A DNA stretch of 64,000 nucleotides from an uncultured Candidatus Saccharibacteria bacterium (GTDB lineage Bacteria; Patescibacteriota; Minisyncoccia; Phycocordibacterales; Phycocordibacteraceae): NCBI GenBank assembly GCA_964593365.1, contig CAZQGQ010000002.1, positions 21,671 to 85,670 of the forward strand, given 5' to 3'. Positions 18,224 through 26,362 of the stretch are shown one piece after another. The first letter of the stretch is position 1. Each line of letters starts with the position of its first letter. The translations under genes and the position numbers were made by a program. A model generated the notes under the pieces. The model was not told the origin of the DNA. It worked only from the letters and a program-made list of their open reading frames with translations, and did not search any database.

Positions 18224-18421
18224 ATGGTACGCCTCATTATCTGGATCGTTATTGGGCTTCTGGCCCTCTCATTTTTTGGCATCTCCCTTCGAGCACTCGT
18301 TGATAACCCAACAAACCAGGACAATTGGTCCTTTTTACTAGCCTTGCTCCGAGACGGCTGGGACTATATAACCGCTTGGTTTGAAGATGCATTCCGCCCG
18401 ATCGCTCAGTGGTTCGACTAA
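18224..18421 (+). CDS. Small membrane protein (65 aa)
   Basis: ATG 7 nt after TATAAT; hydrophobic N-terminus. Confidence 0.65.
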   Translation: MVRLIIWIVIGLLALSFFGISLRALVDNPTNQDNWSFLLALLRDGWDYITAWFEDAFRPIAQWFD

Positions 18422-18513
18422 ATCTTCATAAAGTCTTCATTGTTCTTGTTGTATTACTTGGGTACCGGGTTCCTTTACTGGAACCCCATTTGTCCATTTA
18501 CTTTTACCCTCGT

Positions 18514-18741
18514 ATGAAGACAGTGGCACTGGCAGCAACGCTTTTCCTCGTAGGACCCGCACTCGCAATGGCCGCCACGTACGCATATGTGAACACAGCA
18601 GGAGAAGTGATGTCTGTGGAAGCTTCAACAGCTACCCAGGCTCTCACTACAGCTCCAAACCTTCACGTTCATAGCGGCGTGATGCTTGTTGACGGCTCAG
18701 ATGATTCTGAAGTCATCGGAGACGACGTTCCTGGAACCTAA
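18514..18741 (+). CDS. Small secreted protein (75 aa)
   Basis: Signal peptide MKTVALAATLFLVGPALAMA; terminator downstream. Confidence 0.65.
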   Translation: MKTVALAATLFLVGPALAMAATYAYVNTAGEVMSVEASTATQALTTAPNLHVHSGVMLVDGSDDSEVIGDDVPGT

Positions 18742-18766
18742 AGAAAAGATAAACCGGTTTATTTGT

Positions 18767-18798
18767 TAAACTCCCGGAGTCATGACTTCGGGAGTTTA
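18767..18798 (+). terminator. Intrinsic terminator
   Basis: TAAACTCCCGGAGTC-AT-GACTTCGGGAGTTTA. Confidence 0.7.
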
Positions 18799-18872
18799 GC
18801 GTTTCTCCTTGCTTCATGAATAAGTTCACAAACTCGCTCATAATCGTCTTCGACCCTATACTTTAGAGACAT

Positions 18873-19739
18873 ATGCATACCTCACGTCTACATCTTTCAG
18901 TGTTAGGAATCCTCATGTTTTCTCTCATCTTCTTTCCAAGCAGCACCTTCGCTGCAGTTAAGGGAGAATTTGACCAGGCGTCCCTTATTTCAACGACAAC
19001 CCGCCCAACTTTGAGCGGCGAGATCTCTGGAGCCTCTGTCGTGCGTGTTCTTGTTGAAAACGAGAAGGGAAAGAATGTCTATAAGAGTAAGGACATCAAG
19101 GCAAAGGGCGGGGAGTGGAAAACCAAGGTTTCTAAGCTCCTCACCGTTGGAAAGTACAAAGTCACCCTCTACAGCGTTCAAAGCGGTAAGCAAAGCATTG
19201 TTACCACAGGAACCCTTACGATCTTGTCTAAGAAAGGAACTCCGACGACCTCATCCTCAGGAACAAAGAAGCCTACGACAAGCTCTGCGAGTGGCGGAAC
19301 TCTCTCAGCTTCTCCAGTCCCGCTTTTGTGGGGCGGTAACGCAGCGCACGGAGCCTCGATCCCTGTTGCATACGTGAAGCTTATAAATACTGGCAAGACC
19401 ACAACTTCAATTGATGGGTTCCGCCTTATAGAAAATGGATCCGCTCCTGACGATGTTGTTATCGGGTTCTCAGTAAGCGACGATAAGGGCGGCTCGCGCG
19501 CAACGATAGGAGGTTTCGAAGGATCAAAACAATTCAACAAAGGCTCAGCCTTCGTTCCGCTTCCTGCAACGCTTGCACCCGGACAGCTGCGCATCTTTAC
19601 GATAAAAGCGATTTTGAGTCGCGATAGCGGCATTCACTTTGGCAAACAACTTTTGATAGATGTCGCTGGAGTTGAAGGCAAAGCATCTACCAAAGGCACC
19701 TTCCCGATGCGCGGCACCACTTGGACGCTTACGTACTAA
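18873..19739 (+). CDS. Secreted protein with two beta-rich (Ig-like) domains and an S/T linker
   Basis: Signal peptide; PTLSG...W...L..GKY.VTL Big-like pattern; TTSSSG linker. Confidence 0.7.
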   Translation: MHTSRLHLSVLGILMFSLIFFPSSTFAAVKGEFDQASLISTTTRPTLSGEISGASVVRVLVENEKGKNVYKSKDIKAKGGEWKTKVSKLLTVGKYKVTLYSVQSGKQSIVTTGTLTILSKKGTPTTSSSGTKKPTTSSASGGTLSASPVPLLWGGNAAHGASIPVAYVKLINTGKTTTSIDGFRLIENGSAPDDVVIGFSVSDDKGGSRATIGGFEGSKQFNKGSAFVPLPATLAPGQLRIFTIKAILSRDSGIHFGKQLLIDVAGVEGKASTKGTFPMRGTTWTLTY

Positions 19740-19768
19740 CGAAGAACGCTCCAGCATAGCTAGAGCGT

Positions 19769-19940
19769 AAAAACCGACGCGAGGGTCAAGGTGGGCGATG
19801 TGCGGCGGGAAAGCAATTTACCGGACCCGCACAAACATCAACCCTCGCATCGGCGACGGCACGGGAAGCATTAGGGCCGAGAGGGAGGAACGGGGCGGGG
19901 ATGTTCCTAACTCGAAGCTTGTCTGCAACCCGTGACGCTT
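19769..19940 (-). ncRNA. Candidate structured ncRNA A
   Basis: TTGACA-17-CAATAT promoter; 5' hairpin; 80-nt rod (19774-19853) with G-U on the minus strand, followed by T5. Confidence 0.45.
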
Positions 19941-20015
19941 CGAGGATATTGGACTAGGGAACCAGCTGTGTCAAGAATGTTTTACTTTCAGTATTAGACA
20001 GGGAAGTCAGGTACA

Positions 20016-20144
20016 GAAAACGCCCCCGAAAAGTTGGAGGCGCAAATGCGGACATGGGAACCAAGGGAGCATAGTCGTGCTGCACGAATCGCGGTGTGGT
20101 AGCGGACACCATTTGCCTTCACGACTACCTTGGCCCCATGCCGC
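20016..20144 (-). ncRNA. Candidate rod-shaped ncRNA B
   Basis: TTGACG-17-TAGTAT promoter, ~99-nt imperfect hairpin (20047-20145), then a terminator (20017-20042). Confidence 0.6.
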
Positions 20145-20200
20145 AGACAGATACTAGGCTTTATGAAGTATCTCGTCAAATGGAGGCTTCACTACAACAC

Positions 20201-20218
20201 ATCTCGGTCGACCGAGAT
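20201..20218. promoter_or_regulatory. Perfect 18-bp palindrome, candidate operator
   Basis: ATCTCGGTCGACCGAGAT between divergent transcription units. Confidence 0.4.
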
Positions 20219-20247
20219 TAGGTTCTAGAGCAGTGTATGCTTATAGA

Positions 20248-20496
20248 ATGGACTTTAACGCAATGCCTAAGCTTATATGTGATGCCTGGCACCTGAATAA
20301 CAATCGGGTGTGGTTCTTCTTCGGTTTTACCTCAGGAACTGATAAATCAGCCCTCCTTCTCAGTCCTAAAGGCGCTAAGGGCTTCCTTCTCGAGCTCCAG
20401 AAGCGAATTACTAAGTACGAGAAAGACCATGGGGAGATAGATATGACCGGCCATCAAGCAGGAATTCAGTCTCCAATACAAATAAAGCCGGAGTAA
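20248..20496 (+). CDS. DUF3467-like protein
   Basis: SP..AK....L...I..YE..HGEI C-terminal pattern. Confidence 0.6.
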   Translation: MDFNAMPKLICDAWHLNNNRVWFFFGFTSGTDKSALLLSPKGAKGFLLELQKRITKYEKDHGEIDMTGHQAGIQSPIQIKPE

Positions 20497-20532
20497 AGGA
20501 TCAGAAGCCGTTTTCCTTGTTCCCTTAGGAGT

Positions 20533-20560
20533 ACTTCGCAAAAGATATATTGTGCGAAGG
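20533..20560. other. dif-like Xer recombination site
   Basis: ACTTCGCAAAA-GATATA-TTGTGCGAAGG: 11-6-11 with inverted arms resembling the XerC arm; sits at the gene-orientation switch. Confidence 0.65.
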
Positions 20561-20842
20561 TCTTATATTTTAGGTCAGATAAGCTTAGGGATCTCCGTTC
20601 AATATGTCTTCCCCACCTAATGAGCAGTCTTTATAACTTAAACTGGTTATGCGAACACTCGCTCTCATTTCTCCACTTTGTAAAAGATGTACTGCTATAA
20701 ATCCCCTCTCAGTAGGGTACTGGGGGAGAGTTGAGAGACGATTTAGGTAAAAAACTGAAAAAGATCTCTGACTCCCCTACCCTAATCTATTTCACTAAAA
20801 TCGACACCTTTAACATTTGAGTGTTCAGTTGAAAGAAATTAA

Positions 20843-21511
20843 CTAAAATAACTTCTTTCTACTTTCTTTCATCACCTTAACCCCTGGTTTCGCATACTCA
20901 ATTGATTCCATCCGAGCCAAATCTGCGTGAGGGACAGCTTCCAACTCCTCAGTTAATTCGCTACAAAGAACGTCAAATCTTGATTCAACGTACATTCTCG
21001 TTTTTGTAATCAGCAACTCAAGGTTTTGTATATTTTCTGAAGTATTCATTTCTGCACTAAAACTCACACCTATAATCTTAGCTATCTTGAAAGGCGCTCC
21101 TGGCTTATTAATCACTGCGCCTGGTAGACATTGCATTAAAGGGTTATCATCGTGAGCTATATTTTTATCCCTTAGATCCTTGAAAAACTCGAAAACTTCC
21201 TGACCCATAAGGTCTCCTTTTAGGACCTCTTCCTTGAATAGCTGCGTAGCTCTTGCATTATTTTTTCCAAAACATTTAAGAAAACTAATCACAGCCAACC
21301 GCCAGAAGACTTTTTGTTCAAGGCTTCTATCTTCTGCATTCTTCAAAGCTACCAAACAGTCTTGAGCTGTTATCAGATCGTGTCTGTGGAGAGTCATATC
21401 TGCCAACTCCTGGGCTTTCTTGCCTCGCAGCGCGACTGCTTTAAGTGCGTCCGGGAAGTCAGTTAGACGCAGACCTGTTCCCTCTTGGTGCTCAATGTTT
21501 AATTGCTGCAT
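20843..21511 (-). CDS. HEPN-like protein (putative RNase/defence effector)
   Basis: Helical protein with Rx5H motif RDKNIAH; AT-rich. Confidence 0.55.
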   Translation of the reverse strand: MQQLNIEHQEGTGLRLTDFPDALKAVALRGKKAQELADMTLHRHDLITAQDCLVALKNAEDRSLEQKVFWRLAVISFLKCFGKNNARATQLFKEEVLKGDLMGQEVFEFFKDLRDKNIAHDDNPLMQCLPGAVINKPGAPFKIAKIIGVSFSAEMNTSENIQNLELLITKTRMYVESRFDVLCSELTEELEAVPHADLARMESIEYAKPGVKVMKESRKKLF

Positions 21512-21551
21512 ACCAGCATCCTACTTCCCCTCCCTCTCTAAACAAACATAT

Positions 21552-21887
21552 CTAAGAACCAAGAATATCTTTCAAAACTTGATCAAAACCGTGCAATTTG
21601 CCCTGCAGAACACCAAAAAGGGTGGTCAACTTTTCTTTACCTTCAGGACCGAAAACGTCTTCTCCAAAACGAAGGTAAGTTTGCTCGTCTTCTTTTGAAG
21701 CGTAGAAGTACATATGATAATCTCCGTCTTCATCTTGCATTATTGACCATAAGTATTTATTGCCGGGATAAGTAAAGAAATATTCTTCTGCGTTCTCGAC
21801 AGGTGTTGTAGGTTTTCGCACTGATTGGATTTGATCCTGATCAGATAACATTTTTTTCACAACGTCTTGTATTTGTTTGTCATTCAT
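21552..21887 (-). CDS. Hypothetical protein (AT-rich module)
   Basis: ORF starting 2 nt after the upstream stop. Confidence 0.7.
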   Translation of the reverse strand: MNDKQIQDVVKKMLSDQDQIQSVRKPTTPVENAEEYFFTYPGNKYLWSIMQDEDGDYHMYFYASKEDEQTYLRFGEDVFGPEGKEKLTTLFGVLQGKLHGFDQVLKDILGS

Positions 21888-21888
21888 A

Positions 21889-22344
21889 TTATTTTTGTTG
21901 TTTTGAAGTATGATTTTCAATCTCTAAGGTTGTGAGTCGTTCCTTCAACTCCGTGCATAAACTTATTTTATCCGTTTCATTAACTGTTCGTCCAGCATCC
22001 AGTTCATCTATCATTATTTTAATAGGTTTTAACACTTTTGTACCCATGTGTTTTTGTAATATTTCGTTTCCACGAATCTTTCCATGAATACGAGCAAGGG
22101 TTACTCGCACAGCACGTGGGTTAGGAGGGTCTTCGATTGAATGCTCATTTAACTTCTCTATTAAGTGATTTAAATCTGAAAGAGAGGTTCTTAAAGAATA
22201 ACTAAGTAACAGGGAAAAGGCTGCAGAAATCTTCTTTCTCTGTGTTAAGCCGATAACGAACGCAGCAATACCAAGTAGAACCTGAACAATGTCAGCGCTA
22301 AATGATGTCAAGGCAACTATGAATGTTGCAGTGCTGGTGGACAC
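21889..22344 (-). CDS. Hypothetical protein with N-terminal TM helix (AT-rich module)
   Basis: GTG 6 nt after TGcTATTTT; hydrophobic N-terminus. Confidence 0.65.
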   Translation of the reverse strand: MSTSTATFIVALTSFSADIVQVLLGIAAFVIGLTQRKKISAAFSLLLSYSLRTSLSDLNHLIEKLNEHSIEDPPNPRAVRVTLARIHGKIRGNEILQKHMGTKVLKPIKIMIDELDAGRTVNETDKISLCTELKERLTTLEIENHTSKQQK

Positions 22345-22393
22345 TAATCTAAAATAGCATAAAAAATCGAGCCGCCCGTAATCTCTTGTACCG

Positions 22394-22421
22394 ACTTCGT
22401 ACAACGCAGATTGTGCACCTC
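22394..22421. other. Second dif-like site
   Basis: ACTTCGTACAA-CGCAGA-TTGTGCACCTC at the right edge of the AT-rich module. Confidence 0.45.
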
Positions 22422-22440
22422 CTGTTATACTCCTGGCTAT

Positions 22441-22917
22441 ATGGCAGAGAACGGCGAACCAGACGGCAAATCTAAGCTTATAAAGGAGTTAGAGGTCGCT
22501 GGCCAACTTGAGTCTATTAAGACGCAACTCACAACCGCGGTTGAGAAGCGTAAACGCGCTCGAGAGTTCCTAGCGATCCGAAAGGACATTCTCACCAGGC
22601 TTGAAGAGAAGTTCGCTGCAAACCCCAATATCACGAAAGGAGAAGTCGTTTTGGACATAGGAGCATGGGCAACGACCGAAGAAGAGATGCATAAAAACAA
22701 TTCCAAGGCTACGGAGATTTTTGAGAAACTTACTGCCTCGTATCCAGAAGAAGATCTTGATGAGGACGTTCCTGAAAACGATACGGATCAAGAAGGTCTC
22801 GATACCCTTTCAAACGAGTTCCAAGACCTAACGCTCCTGGTCTTTCAAGAAACACAAGAAATGGAGCCGCAGGTGCAGCGTCTCCGAGTACTCATAGACA
22901 AGCTACGACAGTCTTAG
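22441..22917 (+). CDS. Hypothetical acidic helical protein
   Basis: ATG after TGtTATACT; helical composition. Confidence 0.7.
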   Translation: MAENGEPDGKSKLIKELEVAGQLESIKTQLTTAVEKRKRAREFLAIRKDILTRLEEKFAANPNITKGEVVLDIGAWATTEEEMHKNNSKATEIFEKLTASYPEEDLDEDVPENDTDQEGLDTLSNEFQDLTLLVFQETQEMEPQVQRLRVLIDKLRQS

Positions 22918-23663
22918 CACTGCGTGTTCGCGACGATGTACTCGTACGCTTCATCTACTGAATCAACGAGCTTGTAGAGATCCATATCCGCCTCATCGAT
23001 CGCGTGATACTGCTCATAGAGCTTCGTCTTGAAGTGGTGCAAGACTGGTGTCCAGTATTCCTTACCGTAGAGCACGATCGGAATCTTCTTTATGTTCCTC
23101 GTCTGCACAAGCGTAAGGATCTCTGTGAACTCGTCCATGGTGCCAAAACCTCCTGGGAAGTAGATGTAGACCTCAGAAGCAAACGTAAGCATCACCTTGC
23201 GCACGAAGAAGTGATCGAACATGAGCTGCTCCGTGACGTAGCGGTTGGTGGACTGGTTGTCTGCGAGGCGGATATTCAAACCAACAGATGCACCTCCCGC
23301 TTCAAATGCCCCGCGATTGGCTGCTTCCATGATGCCTGAAGCGCCTCCGGTAATGATCGAGAACCCGCGCTTGGAAAGGCGCGCTGCAAGATCCGTCGCG
23401 TCTTGGTAGAGCTTGCTGTCAAAGGTTGCACGGGTAGTACCGAAAAAAGATGCTGCAAGCGCGTGCTTTTGCAGGAGTTCGAATCCTTCCACGAATTCGG
23501 ACATGATCTTGAATACGCGCCACGGTTCAAGCTCGCGAGGCTTACACACCAGAGGATTAGGCTCCTCGGGTACCGAGCCCTTCCCTTCCTCGACCATGCG
23601 CGCGACTTTGAGCCCCATCTGCTGATGCTCTGCCGGTGTTTTTGGTTTCAAGTCGTCAGCCAT
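22914..23663 (-). CDS. LOG family nucleotide phosphoribohydrolase (TIGR00730-like)
   Basis: TGG..GIMEAANRGA, FFVRKVM, PGGFGTMDE; real start probably ATG ~23660. Confidence 0.9.
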   Translation of the reverse strand: MADDLKPKTPAEHQQMGLKVARMVEEGKGSVPEEPNPLVCKPRELEPWRVFKIMSEFVEGFELLQKHALAASFFGTTRATFDSKLYQDATDLAARLSKRGFSIITGGASGIMEAANRGAFEAGGASVGLNIRLADNQSTNRYVTEQLMFDHFFVRKVMLTFASEVYIYFPGGFGTMDEFTEILTLVQTRNIKKIPIVLYGKEYWTPVLHHFKTKLYEQYHAIDEADMDLYKLVDSVDEAYEYIVANTQC

Positions 23664-24244
23664 GGTATGTCGTATGAATCAAAGTCTGGTATCAGTTTCT
23701 TATTATACGCCATGCGCGAGATAACCTCGGCGTGGAGAAGCGCTCCCATAAGCGCGTTATGAGGCTTGGGTTCCTCAGGAAGCCCGCAATAGCGGAGAAT
23801 GAACCCGAGATCCATAAGTGAGCGGTGGCTCCCTTCTGGAGGCGTCATGCCCTGCTTGGTCATATGAAGCCAGGCAACGCTGTGTACGTCGATGGTGCGC
23901 TTAGCAAACGGGAAATCGATACCAGCTCGCCTACAGGCAGAAGCGACAAATTCAAAGTCAAAGGAGACATTCTGAGCTGCGAAGGTTCGATTCTCTGGCC
24001 TATCGGTTGCCCAGGCGACAAACGCTTTTACGAGCTCTGCTTCGCTTTGTCGAGCAGGGTCCTGTGCTTCTTCTTTGGTAAACCCGTTAATTGCGAGCGC
24101 TGCCTCTTCGATCTTTGCCCCATCCCATGCACGACATTCTCCATAGAACTGATTCGTCGGGTCGCTAAGATCGAGCGCCCCAAGGGAGAGTATTGAGTGC
24201 TGGTCGGGACGGAGCCCTGTTGTCTCTACATCAAGAACGATCAT
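23648..24244 (-). CDS. DEDDh 3'-5' exonuclease
   Basis: LDVETTG, QN..FD, HNAL motifs; ATGA overlap with the upstream gene. Confidence 0.88.
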   Translation of the reverse strand: MIVLDVETTGLRPDQHSILSLGALDLSDPTNQFYGECRAWDGAKIEEAALAINGFTKEEAQDPARQSEAELVKAFVAWATDRPENRTFAAQNVSFDFEFVASACRRAGIDFPFAKRTIDVHSVAWLHMTKQGMTPPEGSHRSLMDLGFILRYCGLPEEPKPHNALMGALLHAEVISRMAYNKKLIPDFDSYDIPWLTT

Positions 24245-24750
24245 GTCTTTGGTTCCCAAAATATCTGCCCCCCATGCGTGCCCATAAGGTTCCCTAGGTA
24301 GTCGGCATAACTGCGGAGGCGCACCTGTCTCTCGTTTTGACGCATCGTAAACGCTTTTGATTGATCTTCAGTCAAAAGACCTTTCTTAACAAGCTCGTGC
24401 TTATTTGCTTGCTGCGCTAACAATTTATTAATGATGGGGACAATCAGTCCTGGTTGGTCGGCAGGATTAAGGTCGCCATGATAATAATTGCGAAGCAGTT
24501 CTTGATAGGTTACGAATATCGCATCTTTTATTTTCTCCTGCGCTGCCTGCTGCTGCGAAGTAATCTCAGTTTGGTCTGTAGAAGGAAGACTGGGAATCGT
24601 CTCATCTACCTGTCTGAATAGCTCAGTCATTTTTTCAAGAACCGCATTCTCGCGCTTCTCAGTCTCTTCAAGTATGGAAAGCATTGCCTGTGACTCGAAG
24701 TCGGGGAGAGGCTTTGGTCCTTCTGGAGGGTCATTAGGAGTGCGAGGCAT
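24241..24750 (-). CDS. Hypothetical protein
   Basis: 169-aa ORF translationally coupled to the exonuclease. Confidence 0.65.
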   Translation of the reverse strand: MPRTPNDPPEGPKPLPDFESQAMLSILEETEKRENAVLEKMTELFRQVDETIPSLPSTDQTEITSQQQAAQEKIKDAIFVTYQELLRNYYHGDLNPADQPGLIVPIINKLLAQQANKHELVKKGLLTEDQSKAFTMRQNERQVRLRSYADYLGNLMGTHGGQIFWEPKT

Positions 24751-24769
24751 GCAAGTATTTTACTACGTT

Positions 24770-25171
24770 CTATATACCTTTACAGTTTTTTGCCGGAGCG
24801 TAGCCCTTGGCTTCCGCCTCTTCTTTAGTCGCAAACCATATCTTGTTCTCTTCTTTGATCTGCTTAGCACCGCCACACCAGGGCAAGTGGTAACTTTTAC
24901 CGCTTTTAGAGGCTACGTACTGCCCTCCTGCGGCCATAGGGGGTAATGGCTCTTCCGAAGAAGCCAGCGCACTGGCCGCCGTAGGCATCTGATTTACCTG
25001 AGGGATCTCTTGGAAAGTGACCTCCCCTTTCCGGGTATCCTGGCCATAGAGGGCGCCTAGTCCGAAGCTTCCAGAACAGGCAAGAAGGACGATGAGGGTG
25101 GTCAGGGTCCCCTCTGGAATACGGCCTAGAAGCGCCTTGCCTTTGGCATAGATGTCGGCTATAATCGCCAT
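24770..25171 (-). CDS. Membrane-anchored Ada-type metal-binding domain protein
   Basis: TM then YVASK.GK.YH..WC...I...N.IWF...EEAE..GY.PA..C. Confidence 0.8.
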   Translation of the reverse strand: MAIIADIYAKGKALLGRIPEGTLTTLIVLLACSGSFGLGALYGQDTRKGEVTFQEIPQVNQMPTAASALASSEEPLPPMAAGGQYVASKSGKSYHLPWCGGAKQIKEENKIWFATKEEAEAKGYAPAKNCKGI

Positions 25172-25191
25172 ACTAGTTACAGGATAGCATT

Positions 25192-25464
25192 ATGGCACAT
25201 ACAAAAGCCGGTGGATCAGCAAAAAACCTCAACGACTCAAACCCGAAATACTTGGGTGTGAAGCTCGCAGACGGCGCAGCAGCTCGTCCAGGCATGGTTA
25301 TCGTCCGCCAGCGCGGCACCAAGGTTGAAGCAGGCAAGAACGTCAAAGTCGGCAAGGACCACACGCTCTACTCGATGACGACCGGAAAGGTTGCGTTCTC
25401 CGAGAAGCGAAAGACCGGATTTGACGGCCGCGTCTTCAGAAAGAAAGTCGTTAGCGTCGTCTAA
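25192..25464 (+). CDS. rpmA: 50S ribosomal protein L27
   Basis: MAHTKAGGS..N..DS...LGVK, RQRGTK. Confidence 0.97.
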   Translation: MAHTKAGGSAKNLNDSNPKYLGVKLADGAAARPGMVIVRQRGTKVEAGKNVKVGKDHTLYSMTTGKVAFSEKRKTGFDGRVFRKKVVSVV

Positions 25465-25469
25465 GACAG

Positions 25470-25508
25470 CTAAAAAGAAAAAGCCCGCATCAAGCGGGCT
25501 TTTTCTTT
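25470..25508. terminator. Bidirectional terminator between rpmA and rplI
   Basis: AAAGAAAAAGCCCGC-ATCAA-GCGGGCTTTTTCTTT. Confidence 0.85.
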
Positions 25509-25520
25509 ATCTTCTCTTCC

Positions 25521-25946
25521 CTATTCAGCTTCAACCGTGATGGTGAGCTTGCCGAAATTCTCGCCAAAGGCAACCGGGACTTCAAACGTACCAAGTTCCT
25601 TAAATGGCTTCTCGATGTGGATTGCGTCCTCTGGGAGACTCACACGCTCTGCGATCTCTTTTGCATCAACGGCATCATAGAGATGACCCTTCTCGTTTGC
25701 CTTCTTGATGAAGACGATGCGCTCTTCTGCGAGGGCTGCGAGGCGTTCCTCGATAAGCTTGGTATCAAGCTCACGGCGCTCCTGAACCTGCTTATGGCGC
25801 ATCTCAGCATCTTTGAGAGCTGCTGGGGTTGCCGCAATAGCGAGCTTGCGAGGGATCAAAAAGTTAATAGCGTGCCCGTCTTTGACGTCCACGACCGAAT
25901 ACGCCTTTCCCGTTTTCTTGATGTCTTTAAGCAGTACGACTTTCAT
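25521..25946 (-). CDS. rplI: 50S ribosomal protein L9
   Basis: MKVVLLKD...GK...V.VKDG.A.NFLIP. Confidence 0.95.
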   Translation of the reverse strand: MKVVLLKDIKKTGKAYSVVDVKDGHAINFLIPRKLAIAATPAALKDAEMRHKQVQERRELDTKLIEERLAALAEERIVFIKKANEKGHLYDAVDAKEIAERVSLPEDAIHIEKPFKELGTFEVPVAFGENFGKLTITVEAE

Positions 25947-25993
25947 AGTCCGCCCATCCTACCCTGTCCCCCTAAGGTTCGCAACTGAATAAC

Positions 25994-26051
25994 AAAAGGC
26001 CGCCTACGAGTGAAGCGGCCTTTCGCTTCGTATTCGTAGTAGCGGCCTTTT
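25994..26051 (-). terminator. Long hairpin/terminator
   Basis: AAAAGGCCGC...GCGGCCTTTT outer stem with nested stems. Confidence 0.55.
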
Positions 26052-26307
26052 ACGCTGCCAGCGCTTCTCGAGTGTCGAAACTAAAGGAAGTCTGACGTTC
26101 CGTTACCACGGCGCTATTGGGGGTTGGGCTGTGCTGGCATCGTTCGTGCTTTCTATAAGTCATCACGAGCTGTTTTCTGCCAGGAACCTTCTTCCCCTTG
26201 AACACCGTTTTGACGTACGTCTCTCCCACCTCAATCATGTGCGAGCAGCGATCGCAACGATACTCAATCGCTGCGGTATGCCGGGTTTCGCTTGGCTTTT
26301 TGGGCAT
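26050..26307 (-). CDS. Small putative zinc-finger protein
   Basis: CDRC...I..GE.Y...H..C; GAGGGG SD; terminator after stop. Confidence 0.6.
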   Translation of the reverse strand: MPKKPSETRHTAAIEYRCDRCSHMIEVGETYVKTVFKGKKVPGRKQLVMTYRKHERCQHSPTPNSAVVTERQTSFSFDTREALAA

Positions 26308-26362
26308 AGCAGTTTCCCCTCGACAATGGAGGAATCCTAGACCCGAAGGGCCTTGTGGTCAA

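Noticed and set aside
20016-20144. SRP (4.5S) RNA call
   Set aside because: Lacks the conserved helix-8 GNRA loop with CAGG/AGCA internal loops.
19994-20179. 61-aa minus-strand ORF
   Set aside because: Its TTG start is the -35 hexamer, and the span is better explained by a hairpin RNA plus terminator.
20630-20657. Full third dif site
   Set aside because: Only one arm (TTATGCGAACA) fits; kept as a half-site mention.
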